IMG/VR virus record: IMGVR_UViG_3300017963_000217
Location: 1-64,000 of that record
DNA from: a virus
Length of the DNA stretch: 64,000 nucleotides
Reading direction: 5' to 3' (one strand)
Shown here: positions 19,190-29,432 of the stretch, in pieces
Layout of the letters: each line of letters begins with the position of its first letter
How positions within the stretch are numbered: position 1 is the stretch's first letter
Translations under genes and position numbers: made by a program
The notes under the pieces: model-generated
Seen by the model: only the letters and a program-made list of their open reading frames with translations
Databases searched by the model: none
What the model was told of the DNA's origin: nothing

Positions 19190-19546
19190 ATGTTGGAACT
19201 AAAAGGAAAAGCACTGGAGAGACTTTCCAATGAAAAAAGAGAAAAAATGGAAAGAACTTTAGAAAGAATGAGAGAAGTAAGGAGGAGACACGACGTGAGA
19301 CTAGCAAAATTAATTAGAGGCAAGAAACAGTGGGCTGAAAAGGAAAGGCAGAAGGGATTGGATATAATTAAGAATATAGATAATCAAATTCAGATGATGA
19401 AAGAACAACAAGAAGCCATAAAAGAACAGTTGAAAACTATAGACGGATGCTTGTTGGTATTGAATGAATTAGATGAAGAAGCAGAAAATATAATTAAAGA
19501 AAGTCAAGAAAATTCGGAACCTGAGTCTTCAGAAAAAGAAAAGTAA
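19190..19546 (+). CDS. coiled-coil protein (possible fibre chaperone)
   Basis: charged heptads; position among fibre genes. Confidence 0.45.
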   Translation: MLELKGKALERLSNEKREKMERTLERMREVRRRHDVRLAKLIRGKKQWAEKERQKGLDIIKNIDNQIQMMKEQQEAIKEQLKTIDGCLLVLNELDEEAENIIKESQENSEPESSEKEK

Positions 19547-19563
19547 TAAATTCGGAGATACGG

Positions 19564-20178
19564 ATGGCTAATGATAGACGTACATCAATACGAGCATCGC
19601 AACTTAGAAATTTTACTTTAACTGGCTATGATATAAAGAATGGAACAATATCTGGTTCTCAGAAGCTTATAGACGGCTCGGTAACGGAGTCTAAACTTAA
19701 TATACGCAATGATCCAGTAGACGGTTATTATTTGAAATATACTACTGCTAGTGGTATGGAATGGGCTGAGACTGGATCTATATCTGACCACGGCAACATT
19801 TTGACTTCGAATAATACTTACTCGGGCGACATAATGACGGTAACAATAGACGATGCAAGTTCTGCTTTTGGAAAACCCTTATATTGTGCATCTGATTTTC
19901 ATTATGAAAGAGCTGATGCTACTTCATCTGGTACCATGCCTTGCCGCATGTTGTCTTTGGAATCTGGATCTGGTAGTAAAAAAGTTCTATTAAAAGGACA
20001 AATATGTAATACTTCATGGAATTGGTCCGCAGGAGATATTTATGTGTCTACAACTACAGGGGAATTGACGCAGACACAACCAAGTAGTAGCGGGGAGATA
20101 GTACAAGTAATAGGATATGCTTTAAGCGCGGATACTATATTTTTTAATCCGTCAACAGAAATAATAGAATTATTATAA
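19564..20178 (+). CDS. short fibre/decoration protein
   Basis: TSIRASQ N-terminus; C-terminal ADA..SGTMPC...W.W..G..YVSTT.G.LT domain shared with 20197 and 44986. Confidence 0.6.
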   Translation: MANDRRTSIRASQLRNFTLTGYDIKNGTISGSQKLIDGSVTESKLNIRNDPVDGYYLKYTTASGMEWAETGSISDHGNILTSNNTYSGDIMTVTIDDASSAFGKPLYCASDFHYERADATSSGTMPCRMLSLESGSGSKKVLLKGQICNTSWNWSAGDIYVSTTTGELTQTQPSSSGEIVQVIGYALSADTIFFNPSTEIIELL

Positions 20179-20196
20179 AAATAAGGAGGAATCGAC

Positions 20197-21099
20197 ATGA
20201 CGCTAAATACTGCGATTCGTGGAGCACAGATAGAGGACTTAAGTATATCTGGTGCGCATTTAGTATCAACCAACTCACCTTCTGACGGCCAAGTTTTGAC
20301 TTGGAATTCCACACAATCTCAGTTTGAGTGGGATGATTTGGGATCTCTGATAACAGGTGAAGCACCTACTGGTGATATAAATGGTGCTAATACTACTTTT
20401 ACAACGGCTAATACACCTGTGTCTAGTACTGAGATGGTGTATCTAAATGGTCTATTACAAGAACCTGGGGCTTTAAATGACTATACAATAAGTGGATCTA
20501 CCATTTCGTTTTTGACTGCTCCTGAAACTGGCGACATTGTATTAGTTAGTTATTTAACTAGCCAGGGGCTAGGTGGTGGTGGAGCGGACCATGGTTCATT
20601 GACTGGATTGGCTGATGATGACCACCCACAATATCTAAAGAACGTGTCTGAAGATACCACACCTCAACTTGGCGGGGATTTAGATCTTAATCAGTATTAT
20701 CTTCAGTTAGATCCTACTCCGACTAGTGACGATACCGGTAACGGTTTTATGTCTTCTGTTACTGTTGATACTAATAGCGTGGGCGTAGGAGCTGGTTTAT
20801 ATATGGCATCAGATGGTCATTATGATATGGCTGACGCAAGCGCATCGGGTACTATGCCTTGCGAGGCGGTTGCACTAGAGACTGGTACTGGTACTAAGAA
20901 AGTCTTGAAGTATGGATATATAAGAAATGATGGTTGGGACTGGACACCAGGCGGATTGGTATATGTATCTACCACAGCGGGACAATTAACTCAGTCTGCA
21001 CCAAGTGGTTCTGGAGAGCAAGTGCAGATAGTAGGATATGCAACAAGTGCGGACGTGTTATTTTTCAATCCAAATTATACGATGGTCGAGATATCTTAA
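20197..21099 (+). CDS. fibre/decoration protein
   Basis: TAIRGAQI N-terminus, YLNGLLQ domain, DH module, shared C-terminal domain. Confidence 0.65.
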   Translation: MTLNTAIRGAQIEDLSISGAHLVSTNSPSDGQVLTWNSTQSQFEWDDLGSLITGEAPTGDINGANTTFTTANTPVSSTEMVYLNGLLQEPGALNDYTISGSTISFLTAPETGDIVLVSYLTSQGLGGGGADHGSLTGLADDDHPQYLKNVSEDTTPQLGGDLDLNQYYLQLDPTPTSDDTGNGFMSSVTVDTNSVGVGAGLYMASDGHYDMADASASGTMPCEAVALETGTGTKKVLKYGYIRNDGWDWTPGGLVYVSTTAGQLTQSAPSGSGEQVQIVGYATSADVLFFNPNYTMVEIS

Positions 21100-21206
21100 T
21101 AAATTTATTAGGTAGCCGGCCTATGGGCCTGCATCGTATGTGATCACCGCGTATAAGGCCGGCATGTTTTTATGCAGTACACAACGCCTAAAAAGGAGAA
21201 CTCTAA

Positions 21207-22220
21207 ATGTCTGAAATATCTAAATTTATGAAAGTGGATTGGTCTAGTATAGCTAGAATTATTGGGATTGAATCATCAAGCGTAGCTAAAATTACTGGAT
21301 CCGATGCTCCTGCTGGAACTCCTTCTCCTGGTGATAGAGGAGTTTTTGGCGGGGGAGTACCTAATGCAGGAAATTATAATCTTATACAATATATTACTAT
21401 TTCAAATACAGGTGATGCTACATCTTTCGGTGATTTGCTTTCTATACCATTCCCTGAGCGTGGTGCAGCATGTTCTAATGGCGCGACTGATAGAGGAGTG
21501 TTTGCAAGCAGTGCCCCTTCTAGAGCCGAGATAGATTATATAACCATATCTACGACGGGTGACGCTACATCATTTGGAAATTTAACACAAGGCAGGCGTA
21601 ATGCGACAGGAACCTCAAATAACACTAATGACAGAGGGGTTTTTGGCGGCGGTGATGTAAGTGGTACTGGGCTTAATTCTATCGAATACATAACTATTTC
21701 TACGACTGGTGATACTCAGGACTTCGGAGATCTTGTCGGTGGGGCTTATGTTAATGTAAGGGCTACTTCTAATGGCACTAATAATAGAGGCGTGTTCGGC
21801 GGAGGATCCTCTGGATATGTTAATATAATACGGTATATTACTATTTCTAGCACGGGAAGTTCTCAAGATTTTGGAGATTTAACATTGGCTAGAGATAATG
21901 CTAATGCATCATCGAATTTGACTAATAATAGAGGCGTATTTGGGGGAGGAACTAATGGATCTGCATTAAACAGGATTGATTATATAACAATTTCAAGTAC
22001 GGGACACGCTTCGGATTTTGGTGACTTATTAGAGGTTAATAACTTTGGGTCTGCTACTTCTAATGGTGTAAGTGATAGAGGCGTGTTCGGCGGCGGCCAT
22101 AATGATGCCGTAGCTCTTAATAGAATACAATATATCACTATTTCCAGTACTGGAAATTCCCAAGACTTTGGAGATTTGATATCACCGAGATATTCTACGG
22201 CAGCAACATCTAATAGTTAA
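21207..22220 (+). CDS. repeat (beta-propeller-like) receptor-binding protein
   Basis: six RGVFGGG...I.YITIS.TG...DFGDL repeats. Confidence 0.7.
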   Translation: MSEISKFMKVDWSSIARIIGIESSSVAKITGSDAPAGTPSPGDRGVFGGGVPNAGNYNLIQYITISNTGDATSFGDLLSIPFPERGAACSNGATDRGVFASSAPSRAEIDYITISTTGDATSFGNLTQGRRNATGTSNNTNDRGVFGGGDVSGTGLNSIEYITISTTGDTQDFGDLVGGAYVNVRATSNGTNNRGVFGGGSSGYVNIIRYITISSTGSSQDFGDLTLARDNANASSNLTNNRGVFGGGTNGSALNRIDYITISSTGHASDFGDLLEVNNFGSATSNGVSDRGVFGGGHNDAVALNRIQYITISSTGNSQDFGDLISPRYSTAATSNS

Positions 22221-22229
22221 AAATAAACT

Positions 22230-22260
22230 GTCTAGCAAAATTAAAAAAATATTCTATAAT
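22230..22260 (+). promoter_or_regulatory. sigma70-type promoter upstream of clpP
   Basis: CTAGCA-N17-TATAAT, same as 4407-4437. Confidence 0.65.
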
Positions 22261-22300
22261 ATAATCGTGTGTAATAATTAAGAATTAGGAGGAATTATTT

Positions 22301-22882
22301 ATGTCAGTGCCTTATGTGATAGAAGGATCTGGCCAAAAAGAAAGGTCTTACGATTTATATTCCAGATTACTAAAAGATCGTATAATTTTTTTGGGAAGAT
22401 CTTTCGAACCTGATTTAGCTAATTCGGTAGTGGCTCAATTGTTATTTTTGGAAGCAAATGATTCAGAAAGTGATATAATTATGTATATAAATAGCCCCGG
22501 TGGATACGTGTCTGCTGAGTTGGCTATTTTTGACACTATGAATTATATCAAACCCGATATTTCAACTGTTTGTGTGGGGCATGCCGCTAGTGCAGCGGCT
22601 TGTATTTTAGCTTCTGGAACCAAAGGTAAAAGATATGCTTTGAAAAATTCTCGTATAATGTTGCATCAGATATCATCTGGTATGAGTGGTCATATAGAGG
22701 ATATGAAAATAGCATACCGGGAAGCAGAATTTCTGAATGATTTAATGGTAGAGGAGCTATCTATAATAACTGGGCATTCTAAGAAAAAGGTAAAGAAGGA
22801 TTTGGATAGAGATAAATATATGAGTGCTGAGGAGGCGAAAGAATACGGAATTATAGACGAAGTCTTGACACATAGGGGATAA
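22301..22882 (+). CDS. clpP: ATP-dependent Clp protease proteolytic subunit
   Basis: YDLYSRLLKDRIIFL, YINSPGG, AAS (Ser), RIMLHQ (His), DRD (Asp). Confidence 0.95.
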   Translation: MSVPYVIEGSGQKERSYDLYSRLLKDRIIFLGRSFEPDLANSVVAQLLFLEANDSESDIIMYINSPGGYVSAELAIFDTMNYIKPDISTVCVGHAASAAACILASGTKGKRYALKNSRIMLHQISSGMSGHIEDMKIAYREAEFLNDLMVEELSIITGHSKKKVKKDLDRDKYMSAEEAKEYGIIDEVLTHRG

Positions 22883-22883
22883 A

Positions 22884-23873
22884 ATGGGTAGAATCGTTTA
22901 TAATAAAGAGAATTCGGGAAAAAAGTTGAGTAGAGGCGGTCCAAGAGATATACAACTACGACAGCGCATAATGTACGAAGAAGCGATTCGTGAATCACAG
23001 ACCCCCGTTATTTTAACTAAAGATAAGTCATCTAAGGCTCCACCCACTGTAGATCTTTCCCAATATTTATCACTTGATAAAGTCAAAATTAAAATAGAAG
23101 AAGCGGTTGAACATACAAAGGAAATAGTTAAAGCTAAATATGAGAGTGGTATAAAAAGCCTCACCGATCAATTAAACGAGTCTAAATCTAATATAGATGA
23201 ACTTAAAAATGAGATATCAAAAAAGAATTTAGAACTAGTTAATTTAAGGGAAAAAATATCATCTACTCCCGAAATTTCTGATAAAGCCCTTAAACAATTA
23301 AATAAAAAAGATTTGAGAATAGTCGAGTTAGAATCAGAAACAAAATTATATGTGGATAAGATATCGAATTTAAATAGAGATATATCTGATATGAAGGGCA
23401 AAGTAGAAAATGCTATTAATTTAGTTCAGGAAAAAGATGCCGAAGTAAAAGAAGTTAGAGATGCGATGGCAAAGAGGGATGCCTATTTGCGAGAAAAAGA
23501 TATAGAGATACATAATAAAAACGCAGAGCTACGAGAAAAAGAAAAAGATTTGTCCAAAAAAGAAATAGAGATTACAAAATTGAAGTCCAAAACAGATTCT
23601 ATGGATGTATCTGGTGAATTGAGTAAGAAACTAGATAGGTTATATCAGAAAATATCTGATGGTTCTATTAGACATTTAGTTGGCAGTAATATGGATAGAC
23701 CGGCGCTCGAGAATAAGATATTCATAGATCCTTTGGAATCTACTGCTGGAGAAAACCTAGATCCACATATAAAAATAAAGGAAGAAAAATATAATAAAAA
23801 AGAAGATAGAAGTGTATCGGCTGACGCTGATAAATTGAGAAATTTACTTAAGTCAGGTAAAGGGAGAAGGTAA
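22884..23873 (+). CDS. long coiled-coil protein preceding the actin
   Basis: about 180-aa heptad region; 2-nt gap to the actin gene. Confidence 0.65.
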   Translation: MGRIVYNKENSGKKLSRGGPRDIQLRQRIMYEEAIRESQTPVILTKDKSSKAPPTVDLSQYLSLDKVKIKIEEAVEHTKEIVKAKYESGIKSLTDQLNESKSNIDELKNEISKKNLELVNLREKISSTPEISDKALKQLNKKDLRIVELESETKLYVDKISNLNRDISDMKGKVENAINLVQEKDAEVKEVRDAMAKRDAYLREKDIEIHNKNAELREKEKDLSKKEIEITKLKSKTDSMDVSGELSKKLDRLYQKISDGSIRHLVGSNMDRPALENKIFIDPLESTAGENLDPHIKIKEEKYNKKEDRSVSADADKLRNLLKSGKGRR

Positions 23874-23875
23874 TT

Positions 23876-24871
23876 ATGTCAAATAGTGGGATAGGACTAG
23901 ATGTTGGAACTAATATGTTGGTAGCGGCATCTATGGATTCAGAAGGTAATCCTGTATACAAGAAACAACGAGATGCATTTTTTAGGATTAGTCCAAAATC
24001 AGAAGTAAATAAAAAAAGCATACGTCTAGCATTGGAAGGACGGGGTGCTAATTTTATTATAGATGGGGAGGATTTTATTGTTGTTGGCGAGGACGCTTTG
24101 TATATGGCAAACGAGCGAAATGAGGAAGCTCGCAGACCTATGAGGAATGGAGTTCTGTCTCCTAAAGAAAAGTCTTCGTTACCCATGATAAAATTGATTA
24201 TAAAGAATTTAGTGGGAGAAGCTAGTAATGATGAAAAATTAGTATTTTCTGTTCCTGCTCCTCCCATTGATGGTAATTTTGACATTTTCTATCATCAAGA
24301 AATGATGAAATCCTATATTAGAGGCATGGGGTTTGAACCAGAGCCTTTGAATGAGGGGTTTGCTATCGCATTTGCAGAACTATTAGATGATAATCTAACG
24401 GGTATGTGTTTGTCTTTTGGAGCTGGTATGGTAAATTCCGTAGTAGTTTATGAAGGAGATCCTATCGTCAAGTTTTCGGTAACAAAAGGCGGTGACTGGA
24501 TAGACCAATCTGTTGCAACAGCATTGGATTATAATACCTCATTTGTTCAAATAGAAAAAGAAGAATCAGGATTTGATTTAATAAGCCCGCAAGGAAAAAT
24601 TCAAGAAGCTCTCGCCGTGTATTATAATCACTTAATAAATTATGCACTGGATAATATAATATATGAACTAAAAAGGTCCCGTTTGCCTTCTTTTAGAAAC
24701 CCTATACCAGTGATTTTATCCGGTGGTTTAACACTGGCTGATAGTTTTACTACGAAATTTAGAATGGAATCGGATAAAAAGACGTATCCATTTAAAATAA
24801 AAGAAATACGAAGAGCTGAAGACCCCATGACATGTGTTGCTCGTGGGTGTTTAATGGCTGCGATTTTATAA
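23876..24871 (+). CDS. actin-like ATPase, volactin-like family
   Basis: GLDVGT (phosphate 1), SFGAG (phosphate 2), LSGG (adenosine); RRPM..G.LS, EKL.FS.PA.PID, KFS..KGGDWID, VARG.L.AA. Confidence 0.85.
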   Translation: MSNSGIGLDVGTNMLVAASMDSEGNPVYKKQRDAFFRISPKSEVNKKSIRLALEGRGANFIIDGEDFIVVGEDALYMANERNEEARRPMRNGVLSPKEKSSLPMIKLIIKNLVGEASNDEKLVFSVPAPPIDGNFDIFYHQEMMKSYIRGMGFEPEPLNEGFAIAFAELLDDNLTGMCLSFGAGMVNSVVVYEGDPIVKFSVTKGGDWIDQSVATALDYNTSFVQIEKEESGFDLISPQGKIQEALAVYYNHLINYALDNIIYELKRSRLPSFRNPIPVILSGGLTLADSFTTKFRMESDKKTYPFKIKEIRRAEDPMTCVARGCLMAAIL

Positions 24872-24891
24872 TTTTAAGGAGGATTGATTTA

Positions 24892-25116
24892 ATGTCTGAA
24901 GAAAGAGTTAGTGGAGAAGTGAAGTGGTTTAATGCTGAACGTGGATTCGGATTCATAACTATGGATGGTGACGAAACAAGTGAATATTTTGTACACTATA
25001 GTTACATCCAGATGGAAGGGTATAAAACTCTACGTGCCGGCCAGAAAGTCACATTCAAGTTAGTTCAGACTGATAAGGGTGTGCAAGCACAGGAAGTAAT
25101 TCCCGAAGAGGAGTAG
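24892..25116 (+). CDS. cold-shock domain protein
   Basis: GEVKWFNAERGFGFI, FVHYS, GYKTL..GQKV.F. Confidence 0.92.
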   Translation: MSEERVSGEVKWFNAERGFGFITMDGDETSEYFVHYSYIQMEGYKTLRAGQKVTFKLVQTDKGVQAQEVIPEEE

Positions 25117-25119
25117 GAG

Positions 25120-25536
25120 ATGCTATTAGCGGAAGCGATTAGGGAAAAGGCTTACATAGAAGAATCTATTCGTGATTTACAGAAATATATGATAGCTTTA
25201 TCTATTGAGGGAGACCAAGATAGTATAAGCGGGTGTATGAGAGAGTTGGACGAATTATATAGCAGATATCAAAAGTTTTCAGTTTCTATAAATCGCACTA
25301 AAAATTCAACTACTATAAAAATAAATGATACTAAATTGAATTTGTCTGACGCCTATATAATACAGAGATCTATGGAGCATAGGCTCTCTGTATATCAGAA
25401 CATACTGGATACCTCTTTTGATCGTGAGGGGGTGTACCCTAAAATATTATTAGAAGAGTTAGAAAGGATACGATTAGACGTTAAGACTATAGGTGCAGAA
25501 ATAAATTATGCCATTTGGAATGTGGAGACTTCTTAG
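25120..25536 (+). CDS. DIP1984-like helical protein
   Basis: MLLAEAI..., IN..N..T, L.DA...R, IN...W pattern. Confidence 0.5.
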   Translation: MLLAEAIREKAYIEESIRDLQKYMIALSIEGDQDSISGCMRELDELYSRYQKFSVSINRTKNSTTIKINDTKLNLSDAYIIQRSMEHRLSVYQNILDTSFDREGVYPKILLEELERIRLDVKTIGAEINYAIWNVETS

Positions 25537-25774
25537 TGATATTTAAATATTTTGTCGAATTCGATAATAACGGAGAGATTAAAGCGCTACATAATCAAAA
25601 AGTTGACGGCGCAGAAGAATATATTGTCAAGTTAATACCAATAAATAGAGCGGAAAAGGAATTATCGGAGCTTGGCAAAAAAGTGTCAAAGTCTGCGGAA
25701 GAGGTGCTGGGTGGTACTAAAAAATTCCGCAGAGAAATAGAGAAATTAAATAGAGATTTAAGGAGAATTAAAAT

Positions 25775-26419
25775 ATGATAGTCGTAGGATTACACGGAAA
25801 AGCTCGGAGTGGTAAAGATCAATTTGGAGAATATTTAGTTGAATCATTTGAAAAAAATTACGATAAGTTTTTTATGAAGGTAGCTTTTGCAGATATACTT
25901 AAACAAATGTGCAAGGATCATTTTGGTTTAGAAACAGACCAGTTATGGGAACGGGGAAAGAATATTAGAGAAATACCTGATTTAAGATTTCCCAAAGGTC
26001 ATATAGGTACTTCTAGTAATCCCAATGATTACTGGACTCCAAGAGAAATAATGCAGGAATTTGGCGGCTTTTATCGTAAAATTAGACACGACTATTGGGT
26101 ATACGCTTTGGACAAAGAGATTCAAAGACTTAAGGATAGAACAGATAATTTCATAATAACAGATGTGCGATATATAAATGAATGCGATTATGTCAAGAGA
26201 AATAAAGGGGTATTAATTAAGATAGTTCGGCCAGTTATACACGAGATTCATGGTATGGATCATGAGTCCGAAACAGCTTTAAATGATTATAACGATTTTG
26301 ATATAGTAATAAATAATGATGGTACGTTAGAAGATTTAAAAAAGGCGGCTGAAGATACATCAGGCGCTATACTAAAAATAAATAGATTAATTGAGAAGGG
26401 AGAAGTATACAATGGCTGA
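25775..26419 (+). CDS. deoxynucleoside monophosphate kinase
   Basis: GKARSGKD P-loop, FAD.LK, TPREIMQ, ITDVR..NE, HESE. Confidence 0.88.
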   Translation: MIVVGLHGKARSGKDQFGEYLVESFEKNYDKFFMKVAFADILKQMCKDHFGLETDQLWERGKNIREIPDLRFPKGHIGTSSNPNDYWTPREIMQEFGGFYRKIRHDYWVYALDKEIQRLKDRTDNFIITDVRYINECDYVKRNKGVLIKIVRPVIHEIHGMDHESETALNDYNDFDIVINNDGTLEDLKKAAEDTSGAILKINRLIEKGEVYNG

Positions 26420-26924
26420 AAAACCAATGAAGCTAGAGATTATGCCCAGTGAAATTATGGGTACGGAGATTATTAAGAGCGGCGATTATAGGTATGCTCG
26501 TGTAGGCGTAAGAAGAGGTGATAATGAAAACTTGATGATTTCCTATGAATGGAAAGGAAGTGATATCCCCGAATTTGTTATGGGACTTATGGATTTTATG
26601 AAATCTAACAAGGAAGAAATTAAAACTAACGAGGAAGAGTTTGCTTCTCTTAAGGAGAGGATGTAATGGTGCTTCCAGAGTCTGCATTTAGAAATCCTTA
26701 CTGGATTAGGTATAAAGAGGGAGCTACACTTGTGAGGGATGATAAGCGTAGATTCGATTATATGAATGTTGCGTATGCTGGATATGCACGGGAATGGCGT
26801 ATTAAACCTCAACCTGGGTATAATGCACAGAGCCCAAGTATAAAAACAGACAAAGTTAATTTAAGCACGGATACCCCAACTATTAGAGCTAGATAGTGGG
26901 GTTTTATTTTGAAAGGAGTATTAA

Positions 26925-27503
26925 ATGGATTACAAGGACAGGTTGGAGTGTTTTAAGAATGAGTTGGAATTAATTAATAGGTCAGAAGTGAGGGAGTTTG
27001 TCAAGGAATGTATAAGACAAGTGCCTGATTATGTGTTTGAAGATTGCCCATCCAGTTCTAGTGGAAAATATCATCCCATAGAAGAACTTGGGCCTGATGG
27101 CACATTGATTCATACTAAAAAAGTATTTGCACTTGCATATGAATTGAGCAGAGGATTAGATTGTGAGTCTAGTAGAGATGAGATTTGTGCTGCTGCACTT
27201 TTACATGATTTGTTAAAACAAGGTAAAGAAAAATCTGGACATACTGTTAAAGAACATCCACAATTAATGGCTGATTTTATAGCAGAGATTTACAAAGATA
27301 AATTTAGAGATAAACTAGATAGAGAGTCTGCGCTAAAGATATATTATGGAATTTTCTATCATTACGGTCCTTGGACAAAACCAGATGTGCGTAAACCTAT
27401 GGGTGAATTTAAGCCTGAAGAATTGGCTGTGTATTTAGCTGATTATGTGAGTAGTAAGCGCTTCGTACATGTGGATGTGAGAAGAAAGTTGGAAGGTATT
27501 TAA
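26925..27503 (+). CDS. HD-domain phosphohydrolase
   Basis: SSSGKYHP, HT, LLHD, H.G.W, LADY. Confidence 0.85.
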   Translation: MDYKDRLECFKNELELINRSEVREFVKECIRQVPDYVFEDCPSSSSGKYHPIEELGPDGTLIHTKKVFALAYELSRGLDCESSRDEICAAALLHDLLKQGKEKSGHTVKEHPQLMADFIAEIYKDKFRDKLDRESALKIYYGIFYHYGPWTKPDVRKPMGEFKPEELAVYLADYVSSKRFVHVDVRRKLEGI

Positions 27504-28258
27504 TGGGCAAAAAATTAGATCTGACAGGGCAGCAGTTTGGGCGATTAACCGTTATGAGAGAGTACGGTAATGATGGTACAAAACATAAACGTGTTTTATG
27601 GATGTGCAAGTGTGTTTGCGGTAATGAGTCTGTAGTGCTGTCATCTAAATTAACTTTTGGACATACTAAGAGTCGTGGGTGTTATAGGTATGATAAAATG
27701 AGAGAGTCTTGCAAAATAAATATACTGGGAATGAGGTTTGGGAAGCTGTTGGTTATTAAAGAGTATCCTTCTTATGTATGTGGTCGAGTAGCATGGGTAT
27801 GTAAGTGTGATTGTGGTAATACAACCACAGTTATTGGCAAAAATTTAAGAAACGGTAATACTGCAAGTTGTGGATGTTACGGTAAACAGCGGCGTATAGA
27901 AGCTAATTCTGGCGAAAATAATTGGAATTGGCGTGGTGGAATTACAGACCTAAATCAGAAAATAAGGGACTTTGTGAAAAAGTCTGGGTGGGGTATAGAC
28001 ATATTTCGTAGAGACGGATTTTCCTGCCTGTTATGTAAACATACCAGTGGAGGCAGTCTAAATGCTCATCATATTATACCACTTAACGAAATAATAGATT
28101 ATTATAATATTACTACAATAGACGAATGTAAAAATTATCCCCTGTTTTTTGATTTAGATAATGGTTCGACTCTGTGTAAAGAATGTCATACATGGGTTCA
28201 TAGTTATAATAACACAGATAAAAATTTTATAAAATCTATGGAGGACTATCATGCCTGA
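27503..28258 (+). mobile_element. free-standing HNH homing endonuclease
   Basis: DLTGQQFGRL / CKC.CG repeats; RDGFSC, AHHI, NG.TLCKECH. Confidence 0.85.
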
Positions 28259-28514
28259 AATAGGTGCTGGATCTGTTAGTAGACGTTGGTTGCCGGAAGG
28301 GGGAGAAAAGGCTTATAGAGAAAAAATACACAAAGAAAGTAAATTTGCTGACGATCATAAGAAATTACCGTTTGAATTTTCTAAGCCTAAAAAGGGTGGA
28401 AGACGAGAGTGGTTTAGGTGCATTGAATGTGGTAGAGAATTGTTTGAATCTGTAAATACTATTATGTGCGCTTGTCCGGTTTGTAAAAAAGCCACTAAAG
28501 TGGAAAGGATTTAA
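28251..28514 (+). CDS. Zn-ribbon protein
   Basis: CIECG...CPVC. Confidence 0.6.
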   Translation: MPEIGAGSVSRRWLPEGGEKAYREKIHKESKFADDHKKLPFEFSKPKKGGRREWFRCIECGRELFESVNTIMCACPVCKKATKVERI

Positions 28515-28518
28515 AATT

Positions 28519-29001
28519 ATGTCTTGGCATGTTTGGACTATAACTCCTCAGAGATATAAGAAGGTAGATGATTTTTTGTCATCATCAGTTGGAGTAGCAA
28601 ATTATTTATATCCTACAGTGGAGCAGGAGTACGAAACTAAGTCTGGTAAGAGGACTAAAGATATACCTATATATAATAACTATATTTTCATTGAATATGA
28701 GGATAACAGTAAAATACAGACAAGAATATCCAATTGTCCATGGATAAAAGAATATATAGGAATATGCTCCAGAGAAGAAATGGATAACGTTAAGCAAATG
28801 GCTTCTCGGAAATATGAAGATGTTATGCCTTGCAGCGACATAAAGATCGGAGGTCATTATAAATTAAAAGGTACTGTATTCCGAGATATGACATGTACTA
28901 TCGTGGACATAGAGGGAGACAAAGTAACAGTATCTATAGAAATATTTGGGTCGGATAGACTTATAAAATGTAGTAGAGACGATATAAAGGCGGAAAGGTA
29001 G
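28519..29001 (+). CDS. NusG-family transcription elongation/antitermination factor
   Basis: W.V..., P.YNNYIFIE (NGN domain) and G..F....I..I...KVTVSIEIFG (KOW). Confidence 0.8.
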   Translation: MSWHVWTITPQRYKKVDDFLSSSVGVANYLYPTVEQEYETKSGKRTKDIPIYNNYIFIEYEDNSKIQTRISNCPWIKEYIGICSREEMDNVKQMASRKYEDVMPCSDIKIGGHYKLKGTVFRDMTCTIVDIEGDKVTVSIEIFGSDRLIKCSRDDIKAER

Positions 29002-29003
29002 AT

Positions 29004-29429
29004 ATGGTAAGCAAAAGAGGTCGTCCGATAGGACATAGGCTTAGTGAATCTACTAAAGAAAAAATTAGACAAAAAAGGTTGGGAACCAATCACACTAAAG
29101 AAACTAAAGATAAAATATCCAGATCACTAAGAGCCTATTTTAGGACCAAAGATCAGCTTGCAGAGAGTATTGAATATGAGTATAGTTATTTATCAGAGGA
29201 AGCGGCTGATTGGGTAGTCGAAAATAGAGACGCCATTAATGATACTGATAGTGTTATGACTGAGAAAAGATTATTCTATTTGAATCAGTTAGAGATATCT
29301 TTGGGTAGTGACATTGAAAATATGTTTGGGCATGGAGCTACTCCAGAATTTTTTATGATGTTAAAAGAACAAATGAAAGAACTTAAATGTGCTAAATCGG
29401 ACATGGACGAGTTATATTCATTGGTATAG
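29004..29429 (+). CDS. NUMOD3-repeat DNA-binding protein
   Basis: LSESTKEKI, HTKETKDKIS. Confidence 0.65.
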   Translation: MVSKRGRPIGHRLSESTKEKIRQKRLGTNHTKETKDKISRSLRAYFRTKDQLAESIEYEYSYLSEEAADWVVENRDAINDTDSVMTEKRLFYLNQLEISLGSDIENMFGHGATPEFFMMLKEQMKELKCAKSDMDELYSLV

Positions 29430-29432
29430 AGG

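Noticed and set aside
25114-25122. Programmed CSP-DIP1984 fusion by amber readthrough (TAG GAG ATG in frame; similar at 29427-29435)
   Set aside because: TAGGAG and TAGAGG are explained as stop codons overlapping the next SD, and in-frame spacing has a 1-in-3 chance; not excluded but unsupported.
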